Assembly: GCA_044344255.1 (NCBI GenBank)
Contig: JBIJDH010000011.1
Coordinates: 1 to 64,000 of the forward strand
Direction: 5' to 3'
DNA: 64,000 nt
From: Myxococcota bacterium
GTDB taxonomy: Bacteria; Myxococcota_A; UBA796; UBA2385
Part shown: positions 1-9,261 of the stretch, one piece after another
Layout of the letters: every line of letters begins with the position of its first letter
How positions within the stretch are numbered: position 1 is the stretch's first letter
Notes under the pieces: generated by a model
Seen by the model: the letters and a program-made list of their open reading frames with translations, nothing else
Database searches by the model: none
Told to the model about the DNA's origin: nothing
Translations under genes and position numbers: made by a program

Positions 1-190
1 CGCCATCCTCGGCGGACCCACACCGCGCGCCCTGCCGTTCGTCAGCAGCGGTAGGGGGCGGCGCCGCCGTCCAGTCCCTCACGGGAAGGGTTTCTTCCCA
101 GGGATCAATTGGAGAGTCCTGACCCCATCGTGACCCCATCGTCATGTCCTACGCCGCGTGAATGGAACCTGTTTGGCCGCCGGCGCAGCA

Positions 191-988
191 TCACCGCGGG
201 GAGAAGTCCACGGCCAGCGTGACGTGAGTCTCGGCTTCTGCCGTGGGGAAGGTGAATCTGAGCAGTCGCCCGCACACACAGCTGGCAACCGTCGTGTCCC
301 CGAGTTGGTCGAGGGACACCTGTACGTCAGCGCTTTGGCCCGAAGGCAGCAGGCGGATCTCCAGGGTGAGGCTCCCGGCGAGCGCGGGGTGCTCACGGAG
401 GACTCGTTGGTAGCAGTAGCCAAGCTGGTTCAAATGTGGAGATACGACCTCCTCTACCGCCCGTGCCGAAACCGGCCCGCTCGTAGAGGTGGCACTCAAC
501 CTGGCCCGAGGGACGGGAGCGGGCGGCGAGGTGTCGGCGGGACGTGGCGAGGACCGATGTACCTCGCCGGCGCCAAGCTGGGTGCCCTTCGCCCCGATGA
601 GACCCCCGATTCCCCGCATGGACGAGGACGAGGGAGAAAACGGTGGTGCCACGCCGACTCCGATGGGCACCAACAGCGGCGTTGCTCCGAGGGCGAAGGA
701 CTGAGCGGCCACGGCCTCCGTGATGCAGCCGGCAATGGGCTCCAAGGCGCCTGGGTCCGATCGGAATTGCACCGAAGTTCCCCCGCCGGGTGCCGTTGCG
801 AGCGCGAGCAATGCCCCCCCGAGGATATCCGGGCGCGCCGCGCTGCAGGACGCGAGGGCGGGCTCCGCGGCCTTGAGCGCCACCTCGATGGCAGCAATAT
901 CGAGGCCGGCGCTGGCGTCGAGCGTTCCCCAATAGATGGGGTGTAGTTCTCCAGCGGCCAGGATCGTCGTAAACAGCAAGCCGAGCAT
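191..988 (-). CDS. Secreted protein with AgmX/PglI C-terminal (TonB-C-like) domain(s)
   Basis: N-terminal signal peptide MLGLLFTTILAAG. C-terminal LGYCYQRVLREHPALAGSLTLEIRLLPSGQ...VASCV...FTFP matches the myxobacterial AgmX/PglI pattern. A degenerate first copy (ALASC...IAGCI...F) lies upstream. Confidence 0.7.
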   Translation of the reverse strand: MLGLLFTTILAAGELHPIYWGTLDASAGLDIAAIEVALKAAEPALASCSAARPDILGGALLALATAPGGGTSVQFRSDPGALEPIAGCITEAVAAQSFALGATPLLVPIGVGVAPPFSPSSSSMRGIGGLIGAKGTQLGAGEVHRSSPRPADTSPPAPVPRARLSATSTSGPVSARAVEEVVSPHLNQLGYCYQRVLREHPALAGSLTLEIRLLPSGQSADVQVSLDQLGDTTVASCVCGRLLRFTFPTAEAETHVTLAVDFSPR

Positions 989-1801
989 GGTGGGCTCCGA
1001 TTCGTCGGGTACCGTAGGTGGTCATCCTCGTGCCGGATAACCGCGAGCCTCGCATCCGGAGCCCCCTGTCCCTCGACATCTCGTCTGGGCATAGGGCGCA
1101 TGAACGGCGGGGACAAGCCATGGCCCCCAACGTACCACAGGACGCCACCACCCTCGCTTTCCCAGGGCACGGCCGTGGGAGGGCGTCTTTTGCGCCGCTC
1201 CCCGGTGCCCGGCCAGAGCTGGCGCCCCGGTCCCGCAGCAAACCCGCGCTCCGGTCGTCGCCCTCAGGCTGTGGCCGCGGGTGGGCCCCGGGGAGGCAGC
1301 CGCGCTCCGGCGTAGGCTGGCCCCTTCGCTCGTCGTGGGGCCGCCTTCGAACACGGTGTGAAGGGTCATGGGGCAGCCACAGCCCGGGCAGCGTCAGGCA
1401 TCCACCGCGAACACCCGCCGCGGAGCGTAGGGATCAGCGCCACCGGCCGAGGGACGAGCGCCTCCGCGGTGGGTGAGAGGGCCGCCGTCCCATCTTCACC
1501 GTCTGCGAGACCCGGGCCGCTTCATCGAAAAGGCACCCGCCCATCCGAGTGCCCCTCCAGACGGTCCACAGCCAACCGGGGCCGGAGCAAGGCGCGCCCG
1601 AGCCGCTGCAGCGTCCGGGGTCAGCGGGTGAGGGTTGAGCAGACACCGAGGCGGCGCCGGCCCCCCGCCCGCGCAGCCGCTGGGAAACGGGGGTCGAAAG
1701 TGATCCCGCCCCAGACTTCGCGCCGCGCCGAATGGCCCGCCCGCGGGGCCCGTCGGCCCGAGACGCCGCCGCTGCGGTGCCCCCGTCCCCTCGGAGCTCC
1801 C

Positions 1802-2389
1802 ATGAACCGCCCCGCCTCCGCCGGCCCCGCTGCCCGCCCCGCTGCCCGCCCCGCATCCCTCTCTGCTCTGTCGCTCCTCCTGCTGCTCGGCGGCTGCATC
1901 GTCGGGGGGGGAGACCAGGATTGGGCCTTTGACGCCGCCGATGTCACCGAGGTCTCGGTGGAGCTCAGCTCGGGGGACGTGCACATCGAGCCCGGAGAGG
2001 GGGAGGAGATTGAGGTGAGCTGGTCGGGCGGCGGCGTCAGCCTCGACGCGATGCCCACGGTCGAGGTCATCGACGGCCTGCTCGTCGTCGACGCCGACTG
2101 CGGGCTCGCCTGCGGCGGTGACCTGCGCGTCACCCTGCCGGCCGGTGTCCCCACCTTCGCCCGCCTCGAGCGGGGTGACCTCCACATCGAGCAAGACGAG
2201 GGGGTCGACATCGACGCCTGCGTGGGCGCGGGTGACCTCCACATCTATGTCCCCGAGGGCGGCTACTGCCTCGACCTCGACGCTGGCGCGGGCTCGGTGG
2301 ACATGGACGGCATCTGGCAGGACGAGCAGGCCAAGGGCTTCATCTCGGCCTGCGTGGGCGCGGGCGACCTACAGGTCGAGGGCCGATAG
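1802..2389 (+). CDS. Lipoprotein with DUF4097/putative-adhesin beta-strand repeats
   Basis: ATG at 1802 inside the 1358..2389 ORF; lipobox LLGGC; repeated SSGDVHI/ERGDLHI/GAGDLHI/GAGSVDM/GAGDLQV units. Confidence 0.7.
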   Translation: MNRPASAGPAARPAARPASLSALSLLLLLGGCIVGGGDQDWAFDAADVTEVSVELSSGDVHIEPGEGEEIEVSWSGGGVSLDAMPTVEVIDGLLVVDADCGLACGGDLRVTLPAGVPTFARLERGDLHIEQDEGVDIDACVGAGDLHIYVPEGGYCLDLDAGAGSVDMDGIWQDEQAKGFISACVGAGDLQVEGR

Positions 2390-2432
2390 ACCGCTCGCCC
2401 GGAGGCCAGCGACGCGCAGGACGCTCGAAGGG

Positions 2433-2963
2433 TCAGCGCTTGAAGGGCCGCAGCGCCTCTCGGAGGGGGTCGATCGCCCCGCGCAGCATGTCCTGGAGGG
2501 CCTGCACCCCCACCTCGCCCCCGCGCAGGTGCTTGTCGATGTCAATCACCATCGTCGAGCGGGCGTAGACCGTGTTGAGGCGGTGATCGAGCTTGATGCC
2601 GCCGAGCACGGGGAGCTTGAAGAGGTTGGCGAGGTCGGTCTTGACCATGGCGACGAGATCGTCAGGGTCGGTGAGCTGGTTCTTCACCTCGGCCCCGATG
2701 GTCAGCGTGGCCTTGTTGCCGAGCAGGGCCTCGGACAGGGCGCCGCCGCCGGTCTTGCGGTCGAGCACCACGTAGGCGCGGTGCAGGACAGGGTCTCCGC
2801 AGGTGACGAAGGTGAGCACCTGTCGGTCATTGACGAAGCTGCGAAAGCCGACGGCGGGCCAGCCCAGGCGATAGAAGGCGCGCACCATCTCGCCGACGAG
2901 GCGCTCGTCTTTTGACTCGCGGGCCTCGGCGCGGTTGTTGAAGATCTGGAGGATGCTGAACAT
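2433..2963 (-). CDS. Hypothetical protein (176 aa), probable distant paralog of the adjacent 2973-3644 gene
   Basis: AAGGAG SD before ATG, globular composition, 9 bp from the upstream gene. Confidence 0.75.
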   Translation of the reverse strand: MFSILQIFNNRAEARESKDERLVGEMVRAFYRLGWPAVGFRSFVNDRQVLTFVTCGDPVLHRAYVVLDRKTGGGALSEALLGNKATLTIGAEVKNQLTDPDDLVAMVKTDLANLFKLPVLGGIKLDHRLNTVYARSTMVIDIDKHLRGGEVGVQALQDMLRGAIDPLREALRPFKR

Positions 2964-2972
2964 GGTCGCTCC

Positions 2973-3644
2973 TTACCGGCCGCGCGCGGGAGAGGGGGTC
3001 GCGAGGGCGGAGGACGCGAAGAAGCGGCCCCGCAGGTACTTCCGGAGGGCGTGGACGATGGCGTCGGTGTGGCCGGCGAGGGTGGCGTCGTCTACCGAGT
3101 AGGGGCCGGTGAAGTACCGGTCAATCGGGAGATAGAGGTCAATCTGCGCGTAGATGTAGCCGGTGGCCATGTCGCCGTCGATGGTCATGGTGCCAGGCTC
3201 GGGGTTGGCGAGGAAGCCGCTCCGCAGCTCGGCCTGCACGGCCTTCCACACGGCCGTGAAGTCACTCGTCTTCTGGCCGTACCCGACGACCAGCGAGAGC
3301 TGGTGGCCGAGCACGCGGGCGGTGGTCTGGTCAGGGGTGAGGTGACCGATCCGGTAATAGATCCGCGAGAGGTTCGAGCCATGGTGGAAGCGCACGAAGT
3401 GGTGCGTCCCGTCGCTCGTGAGGTCAATGAGCTGGTAGCCCTGGTCGAGCGTGTGGGCGATGAGGGCCGACAAGACGACCTCGTCGACCTGGCTCGCCCG
3501 GGTCTGGTCACCGAACCAGGCCCAGCTCTCTTTCACGAGGGCGCCGAAGACGGCGTCGAGGTGCTCGTTCACTGCGTGTGGGTCTGCCACTGCGTGTGGG
3601 TCTGCGTGCGTGGTGTCTGCCGGGACCTGGGCCGTGTCGGACAT
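2973..3644 (-). CDS. Hypothetical protein (223 aa)
   Basis: GGAGG SD before ATG, globular composition, apparent two-gene operon with 2433-2963. Confidence 0.75.
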   Translation of the reverse strand: MSDTAQVPADTTHADPHAVADPHAVNEHLDAVFGALVKESWAWFGDQTRASQVDEVVLSALIAHTLDQGYQLIDLTSDGTHHFVRFHHGSNLSRIYYRIGHLTPDQTTARVLGHQLSLVVGYGQKTSDFTAVWKAVQAELRSGFLANPEPGTMTIDGDMATGYIYAQIDLYLPIDRYFTGPYSVDDATLAGHTDAIVHALRKYLRGRFFASSALATPSPARGR

Positions 3645-3869
3645 GAAACCTCCCCGCGCAGCTTATAGTCTCCGCGTCGATTCGGCCCCCGCCTCGCCCC
3701 CCGGAGCCCCGATGTGCAAGGTGAGCGGGATGAGCCGCCCCACCGCCGCCAACGCCGCCGCCTTCGAGCGCGCCGTGGGCGGTGGTGGGTGAGCTCACGG
3801 CCCCCGACTGGCCGCGGCCCCGCTCCCGACTGGCCGCGGCCCCCGCCCCCCTCCGGCGCCGCGCCGGGC

Positions 3870-4979
3870 TCAGCGGACACACTCGAAGCGGCGGAGGCTG
3901 CCGTCCTCGTGGGCGGTGAGGAGCCAGCGGCCCTCAGGATCGACGAGGAGGTCGGTCAGGTCATCGGAGGAGACCGCCCACCGGTAGTCCCAGCCCGCCT
4001 CTGGCACGGAGGCGAAGGCGCCCATGCCCTGGAAGAAGGACCAGGGGTACGCCGAGCCTGGGCTGCCGACGACGGTGGGGATCGCCGGGCTCTCGTACTG
4101 GACGGAGTCGATGAGCTCGCCCTCGGCGTCGAAGCGGGCGAACCAGCCGTAAGCCTCGGGGCCGCCGGAGACGAAGGCGCCGCCGTCGGGGAGGAGCACG
4201 ATGCCGGTGGGGGCGCCCATCACCATCGGCAGCGTCCGGGGCGCGCGGAAGCCGACGCCCTCCCCGGCCACCGCGAGGCCCACCGCCGGCACCCCCCACA
4301 ACAGGCCGCCGACCCAGCGCCGATCGGCGTCTCCGGCGAGCACGCTCACGGCCTCGAGGCCCGTGTCGAGGCGGTCGCCGCGGGTGGCCCCGCCGGTGAA
4401 GGACGCGGTCCAGTCCGCCGAGCTGAGCTGGAGGCCCCCGGGGGCGGCGGCGACCGTGAGCAGCGGGGCGGTGTTCTCGGGCCAGTCGGAGCGGTCGAGG
4501 CGGTCGGCGGCGAGGTCCCACCGGCCGACCTCGTCTCCGCCCACCACCACCACCGCGCCGTCCGCGTCGAAGAGCAGGCGGCTCCAGGGCGCGGTCGCCG
4601 GCTGCCAGCCGACCCGGGTGAGCCGGGAGCCGTCCGCGGGGGCCTCGAAGGCGAAGAGCTCGCCCTCCCCAGCGATCAGGGCGAGCCGACCCTCCGCGTA
4701 CGCGAGGGAGCGCAGCCGCGGCGGGCCGCCCTCGGGGGTCCAGGCCCAGCGCTCGGTGAGCACCCGGCCGGCCTCGACGCAGGCGTCGAGCGCGACGTCG
4801 GAGGCCACGCCGGCGTCGATGAGCCCGCTGTCGTCGGGGCCCGTGTCGCCGCCCGTGTCGGCGCCCGTGTCGCCGCTCGTGTCGCCGCTGGCGGTGTCCG
4901 CCCCACCGCCGGAGAGGCGGTCGTCGTGGCGGTCGGTGGGGGTTGGGTTCGTGTGACAGGCCAGGAAGAACAACCACAT
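3870..4979 (-). CDS. Lipoprotein with acidic DTG linker and probable beta-propeller (WD40-like) domain
   Basis: MWLFFLAC lipobox-like start (ATG at 4979); DTASGDTSGDTGADTGGDTG linker; C-terminal DPEGRWLLTAHEDGSLRRF resembles a WD40 blade. Confidence 0.6.
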   Translation of the reverse strand: MWLFFLACHTNPTPTDRHDDRLSGGGADTASGDTSGDTGADTGGDTGPDDSGLIDAGVASDVALDACVEAGRVLTERWAWTPEGGPPRLRSLAYAEGRLALIAGEGELFAFEAPADGSRLTRVGWQPATAPWSRLLFDADGAVVVVGGDEVGRWDLAADRLDRSDWPENTAPLLTVAAAPGGLQLSSADWTASFTGGATRGDRLDTGLEAVSVLAGDADRRWVGGLLWGVPAVGLAVAGEGVGFRAPRTLPMVMGAPTGIVLLPDGGAFVSGGPEAYGWFARFDAEGELIDSVQYESPAIPTVVGSPGSAYPWSFFQGMGAFASVPEAGWDYRWAVSSDDLTDLLVDPEGRWLLTAHEDGSLRRFECVR

Positions 4980-5083
4980 GAGCACCTCGCCCTCCCTTCA
5001 TCACCCGCCGCCCGACCGGCGAGAATCCGGATGTTCAGACATGTATTATTCGGGCGTTCCGTTCAATCTGCAGGAGGTGCGGC

Positions 5084-6028
5084 GTGTCTCAGCGGCCCGG
5101 TGATCTGGATGGGGTCGACCTCGCCCCCGGGGAGGCCGACCTCGGCGACCTCGAGCTCCGGGGCCTCCGCCACTTCGAGCTCGCCGCCACCACCCTCAAC
5201 TTTCGGGCGGCGGCGGGGCGGGCCCACCTCTCGCCGGCCGCCTTCAGCGAGAGCATCCACCGCCTCGAGGCGACGCTCGGCGTCGTGCTCTTTGACCGCA
5301 GCACCCGCTCGGTGCGCCTGAGCGCGGCGGGGGCCCGCCTGCTGCCCTCCGCGCAGGCCACCCTGGCCTCGGCGCGGGCCCTCCGCGCGGCCGCAGGGGG
5401 CGCGAAGCGGGCTTGGGAGCTGACGCTCGGCACCCGCGCCGAGCTCGGCCTCTCCTGGCTGACGCCGGCCCTGGACACGCTCGCGGCGGCGGACCCGCGG
5501 CGCACCATCCACCTCGCGGTGGGCGACTCCGGGCCGATGGTCGAGGCGCTGCGGGCCGGGCAGCTCGACGCCCTGGTGAGCAGCGCGCGGCTCGACGCCG
5601 AGGAGCTCGTGAGCGTGCCCCTCCACCCCGAGGCCTACCGCTTCGTGGGCGCCCCCGCGCTGCTCGAGGCCGCCCCCCTCCAGGGCGTCGAGGACGCGGC
5701 GCGGCACCACCTGCTCGACATCGGCCCCGGGCTGCCCCTCTTCCGCTACCTGCTCGACGCCTTCGGCGGCCCCGTCTGGCCCTTCCAGGGCCGCGCGTAC
5801 CTCGGCGGGATCGGCGCCGTCCGCGCCCGCGCCCTCGCCGGCCGCGGCGTGGCCGTGCTCCCCGAGTACCTCGTCCGGGGCGACCTCTCGAGCGGCGATC
5901 TCGTCGAGCTCCTCCCCGACCGGCGGCCGAGCGAGGACACCTTCCGCCTCGTCTGGCGGAGCGGCCACCCGCGGGCGGCGGCCCTGCTCCGCCTCGCCGA
6001 GGAGCTGCGGGCCCTCCCCTTACGCTGA
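5084..6028 (+). CDS. LysR family transcriptional regulator
   Basis: HTH motif LNFRAAAGRAHLSPAAFSESIHRLEATLGVVLFDRSTRSVRLSAAG; AGGAGG SD before the GTG start; LysR substrate-binding C-terminus. Confidence 0.95.
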   Translation: MSQRPGDLDGVDLAPGEADLGDLELRGLRHFELAATTLNFRAAAGRAHLSPAAFSESIHRLEATLGVVLFDRSTRSVRLSAAGARLLPSAQATLASARALRAAAGGAKRAWELTLGTRAELGLSWLTPALDTLAAADPRRTIHLAVGDSGPMVEALRAGQLDALVSSARLDAEELVSVPLHPEAYRFVGAPALLEAAPLQGVEDAARHHLLDIGPGLPLFRYLLDAFGGPVWPFQGRAYLGGIGAVRARALAGRGVAVLPEYLVRGDLSSGDLVELLPDRRPSEDTFRLVWRSGHPRAAALLRLAEELRALPLR

Positions 6029-6033
6029 GACGC

Positions 6034-7302
6034 TCACGCCGTGGACGGGCCCCCCACCCAGCGCTTGTCGGCCGCCGTCGGGCCCCAGCTCTCGAGCCAG
6101 ACCGGCCGGTGGGTCGCCTCGGCGGCGAGGGCCCGGGGGTCGAGCGCCTCGAGGACCGGCCGCGCCGCCTTGAGGTAAGCGCCGAGGCGCTCGCGGTGCC
6201 CGAGGTCGTGCGCGGGGCCGGGGAGGAGGGCGCCCTCGGCGCAGAGGTCGGCCGGGCCGGGGTCTTCGTAACGTCGACAGCCGATCGGGCCGGGCAGGCG
6301 GTCGAGGCAGGTGACCGCGAGAGCGTCGACCGGACAGACGGTGGTGGCGTAGCGCAGCAAGCTGGCGTCGAGGGCGCCGGTGCGAAAGACGCCCTGGGCC
6401 CCGTCGTCGCGGTTGTGGGGCTCGGCGATCGACAGGCTCCCTGCGGTGGGGAGGGGCCCGGCGCCGTGTCGGCAGGCGTAGGCCCGCGTGAGCCCGAGGC
6501 GGTGGAGGGGGCGGTCTCCGGCGAGGGCGAGGGCGCCCTGGCAGGTGGTGTCGCTCCAGGTGGTGTGGGGGTGGAAGCCCCAGGTCTCGTCGAGCAGCAC
6601 GCCTTGCGCCCCCTCGAAGATCAGCACCGGCTCAGCCTCGAGGCGGGCGGCCACCGCCTCGGGAGAGAGGCGACAGAGGCGGCGGGCGACACCCGCCCAG
6701 GCGTTGACAACCCGGTCGATGAGCTGCGGGTCGTCGAAGAGGGGGAGCGCGGTCGCGCCGAGAGACTGGAGCTCGGCTCGCTTGCGCTCACGCTGGCGGC
6801 CGAGGTGACGGCGCAGCGTCACGGGCGCGTCGAGATCGGCGACGGTGAGCACCTCGTCGGGGAAGTCGAGGGAGTCGGCGACACACTCCCCCACGCCGAC
6901 GCCGCAGGTGCCGTGGGCCGCCGCCCCGCGCAGCCGCTCGCGGAGCTGTCCGGCGGCCTGCTGGTAGGGGCTGATGACCCGCGCGCGGGCGTCGACCGCG
7001 GTGGCAGCCCAGGGATCGGGCCCCAGGGCCCCGAGGGCCTCGGCCTCGACCGCCATCCCCAGGGGGTGGAGCAGGAAGGCGGGGCCGAGCAGGGTCCTCG
7101 CCCCCGCAAAGTGGCCAGCGCCGAACTGGGAGAAGGTGTGGTGGCGGCCGTCGGCGGTGACGACGTTGTGCCCCGCCTGGGCGCCGCCGTTCCAGCGCAC
7201 GACGAGGCCGGCCCCCTCGCGGCGCACGAGGTGATCGACGACGCTGCCCTTCCCGGCGTCGCCGAAGCCGAGGTCGACCACCACCCAGCCGCGGCGCCTC
7301 AC
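6034..7302 (-). CDS. Divergent adenylosuccinate synthetase (PurA)-like protein
   Basis: Motifs DLGFGDAGKG, NGGAQAGHNV, GTCGVGVG, FEGAQGVLLD, TRAYACRHGAGPLPT, RTGALD, TCLD and ESWGP. The aspartate-binding GATTGRxR loop is replaced. GTGA overlap with the upstream vWA gene. Confidence 0.85.
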   Translation of the reverse strand: MRRRGWVVVDLGFGDAGKGSVVDHLVRREGAGLVVRWNGGAQAGHNVVTADGRHHTFSQFGAGHFAGARTLLGPAFLLHPLGMAVEAEALGALGPDPWAATAVDARARVISPYQQAAGQLRERLRGAAAHGTCGVGVGECVADSLDFPDEVLTVADLDAPVTLRRHLGRQRERKRAELQSLGATALPLFDDPQLIDRVVNAWAGVARRLCRLSPEAVAARLEAEPVLIFEGAQGVLLDETWGFHPHTTWSDTTCQGALALAGDRPLHRLGLTRAYACRHGAGPLPTAGSLSIAEPHNRDDGAQGVFRTGALDASLLRYATTVCPVDALAVTCLDRLPGPIGCRRYEDPGPADLCAEGALLPGPAHDLGHRERLGAYLKAARPVLEALDPRALAAEATHRPVWLESWGPTAADKRWVGGPSTA

Positions 7303-8252
7303 CGGCTGTGACCCGAGGGGGGCTCGCCCACCGGCAGGTCGGTCAGGCGCTCCCAGGTGCGGGGGGCGCCGTCGCGGCCCACGCAGGCGGCGAAGCCGAC
7401 GATGGCCTGGGCCACCCGGGCGGCCCGCTTGCGGGGCAGGCCTGCGGCGCTGAGCCGATCGATGACGGCGGGCAGGGAGCCAGCGCCGATCAGCAGCGCG
7501 ACGAGGCCGGCGGCGACGTGCGCCGCGTCCTCGGCGGCCCCGAGCCGCACCACCCGGTCACCGAGGAGCTCCCGCCAGGCCCGCTCGACGGCGGGGGCGG
7601 CGGTGGGGGAGAGGAGGAAGAAGGGCTCGAAGCGCTGCTGGAGCGCGTCGATGAGGGCGCGGATGGGCAGGTCGTCGTCGAGCGTGTCGCCGATGATGCG
7701 GGCCACCTGCCCCCGCGCGGCGGCGGGGTTCGGCCCGGCGTCACCGGTGATGAAGAGGACGCCGCGCTGGCCTCGTTTCTCGACACAGTCGAGGGCCATG
7801 TGGTGGGCGGCGAAGTACATCGCCAGCTCATAGGCCTCGTGGCGGCCCGCCCCGCCCCCCTCGAGCCAGAGGGCGGCCAGCCAGCGGTCGATGAGGGCGG
7901 CCGTGCTCTCGAACTGGCCCACCTGCAGCGGCGCCTGGTCTTGATCGGCGTGGCCGATCGCCATGAAGCAGAGCTGAGGGTCTGCCACGCCGACGTCGAG
8001 CAGCACGCGCATGAAGTCGGGGAGCGAGGTGGTGGCGAGCTGGCGCGGGATCTCCCCCATCGAGCCCGTCACGTCGAGGGCGAAGACCACCGCCAGCGAA
8101 TTGGGGTGCTCGTCGCTGTCGCGGCACTCCCGCCGCGCCCCGTGGGGGCGGAGCAGCGCCTGGCCCCCCGGCACCTGGACGGGCGGCGGCGCGTCCAGGC
8201 GCGCGGCGGTGAGTGCCTGGTGGGCCGCGTGACTGTATTCGCCGTATCCCAT
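7299..8252 (-). CDS. vWA domain protein (paralog B)
   Basis: MIDAS-like LDVTGSMG, APLQVGQFES, WLEGGG, EAYELAMYFA, LFITGD; N-terminus MGYGEYS. Confidence 0.85.
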   Translation of the reverse strand: MGYGEYSHAAHQALTAARLDAPPPVQVPGGQALLRPHGARRECRDSDEHPNSLAVVFALDVTGSMGEIPRQLATTSLPDFMRVLLDVGVADPQLCFMAIGHADQDQAPLQVGQFESTAALIDRWLAALWLEGGGAGRHEAYELAMYFAAHHMALDCVEKRGQRGVLFITGDAGPNPAAARGQVARIIGDTLDDDLPIRALIDALQQRFEPFFLLSPTAAPAVERAWRELLGDRVVRLGAAEDAAHVAAGLVALLIGAGSLPAVIDRLSAAGLPRKRAARVAQAIVGFAACVGRDGAPRTWERLTDLPVGEPPSGHSR

Positions 8253-8298
8253 GGATCACGTCCTCATCAGTGTCGACAACAGGGTGTCGTCGGCGGGG

Positions 8299-9261
8299 TC
8301 AGCGCCAGCCCGGCATCGGCAGCGGGTTGTAGGCCGCCGGCCCGTAGGCCTCGATCGAGGCCGCCGACAGGCGGTCGGCGAGGGCCCAGCCGTCGGTCTC
8401 CTCGCCGCGCAGGGCCCGGCTGAGGGCGCGCTCGATCGGCGCCGGCCGCTCCTTGCCCGGGAGCTCCCAGCCCGCCACCACCCGCGCGCAGCGACAGGCC
8501 ATCTGGAGGTCGAGGGCCGCGCTCAGGGCGGAGTGACCCTCATAGAGGCTGAGCCAGCGCGCAGGCCGCGCCACGAAGGGCAGGGGGGCGCCGCGCTGGG
8601 CTTGGGCCGCGGTCCAGCCGATGAGGAGGGCCCCGTGGTCTCGCGGGTGGACGAGGACATGGTCGGGCGTCACGGCGCCGTGGACGAAGCCCGCCCGGTG
8701 CACATAGCCGAGGAGCTCGAGCAGGCGTTTGAGCACCCACACCATCACCGGCCCGGGCACGCCCTGCGGATAGGCGCGGCCGACGTCGGTGAGCGTGTGG
8801 ACGAAGCCGCTCTTCCACCCATAGACCGTCGTGAGGCGCGGCCGATCGGACTGGACGAGGCCCATCGCCACGGGGGTGGGGAGGCGGCCGAGGAAGTGCG
8901 CGCCGCCTTGTGCGGGCCGCTCGTGCAGCGCCCGCAGCGTGTCCCACTCACGGCGGAGGAGGTCGGCGTCGGCGGGGGCCGCTAACACCTTCACCACCAC
9001 CGCCTCGCCGAGGCGATAGACCCAGCGCCCCCGATAGACCACCGCAGAGTCTCCCACCCCGAGCCGCCCCTCGAGGGCCCAGGTGCGGCCGCCGAGGTTG
9101 AGCCGGGGGCGCCCGTCGTCGGGGCGTTTCAAGGGGGCGGGGCCCCCCGGCCGACCGGGCAGGTTGTGGACGCCGCAGGCCGGACAGACGACGACGAGGT
9201 CTCGCCAGTTCGCCTCGAGCGGCGCGCCGCAGCCCTCACAAGACAGGGCGAAGTGGCTCAT
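8299..9261 (-). CDS. Zinc-ribbon plus Ser/Thr kinase-like protein, probable pseudokinase
   Basis: CEGC...CPAC at the N-terminus, Gly loop LGVGDSAVVY, VVVK, REWDTL. The catalytic loop reads HGAVTPDHV and the DFG position reads IGW. ATGA overlap with the upstream vWA. Confidence 0.8.
   Translation of the reverse strand: MSHFALSCEGCGAPLEANWRDLVVVCPACGVHNLPGRPGGPAPLKRPDDGRPRLNLGGRTWALEGRLGVGDSAVVYRGRWVYRLGEAVVVKVLAAPADADLLRREWDTLRALHERPAQGGAHFLGRLPTPVAMGLVQSDRPRLTTVYGWKSGFVHTLTDVGRAYPQGVPGPVMVWVLKRLLELLGYVHRAGFVHGAVTPDHVLVHPRDHGALLIGWTAAQAQRGAPLPFVARPARWLSLYEGHSALSAALDLQMACRCARVVAGWELPGKERPAPIERALSRALRGEETDGWALADRLSAASIEAYGPAAYNPLPMPGWR

Noticed and set aside
989..1801. About 800-bp gap containing several short ORFs
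   Set aside because: None shows a convincing motif or codon pattern. It could be a decayed gene or regulatory DNA, but I cannot support a call.
5084..6028. LysR regulator as part of the vWA/PurA-like system
   Set aside because: It is convergent with the operon rather than divergent; LysR targets are usually the divergent gene, so there is no evidence of a link.
6034..7302. Calling this gene purA or purZ
   Set aside because: The aspartate-binding loop is missing (unlike PurA), the catalytic Asp is retained (unlike PurZ), and the context is non-metabolic.
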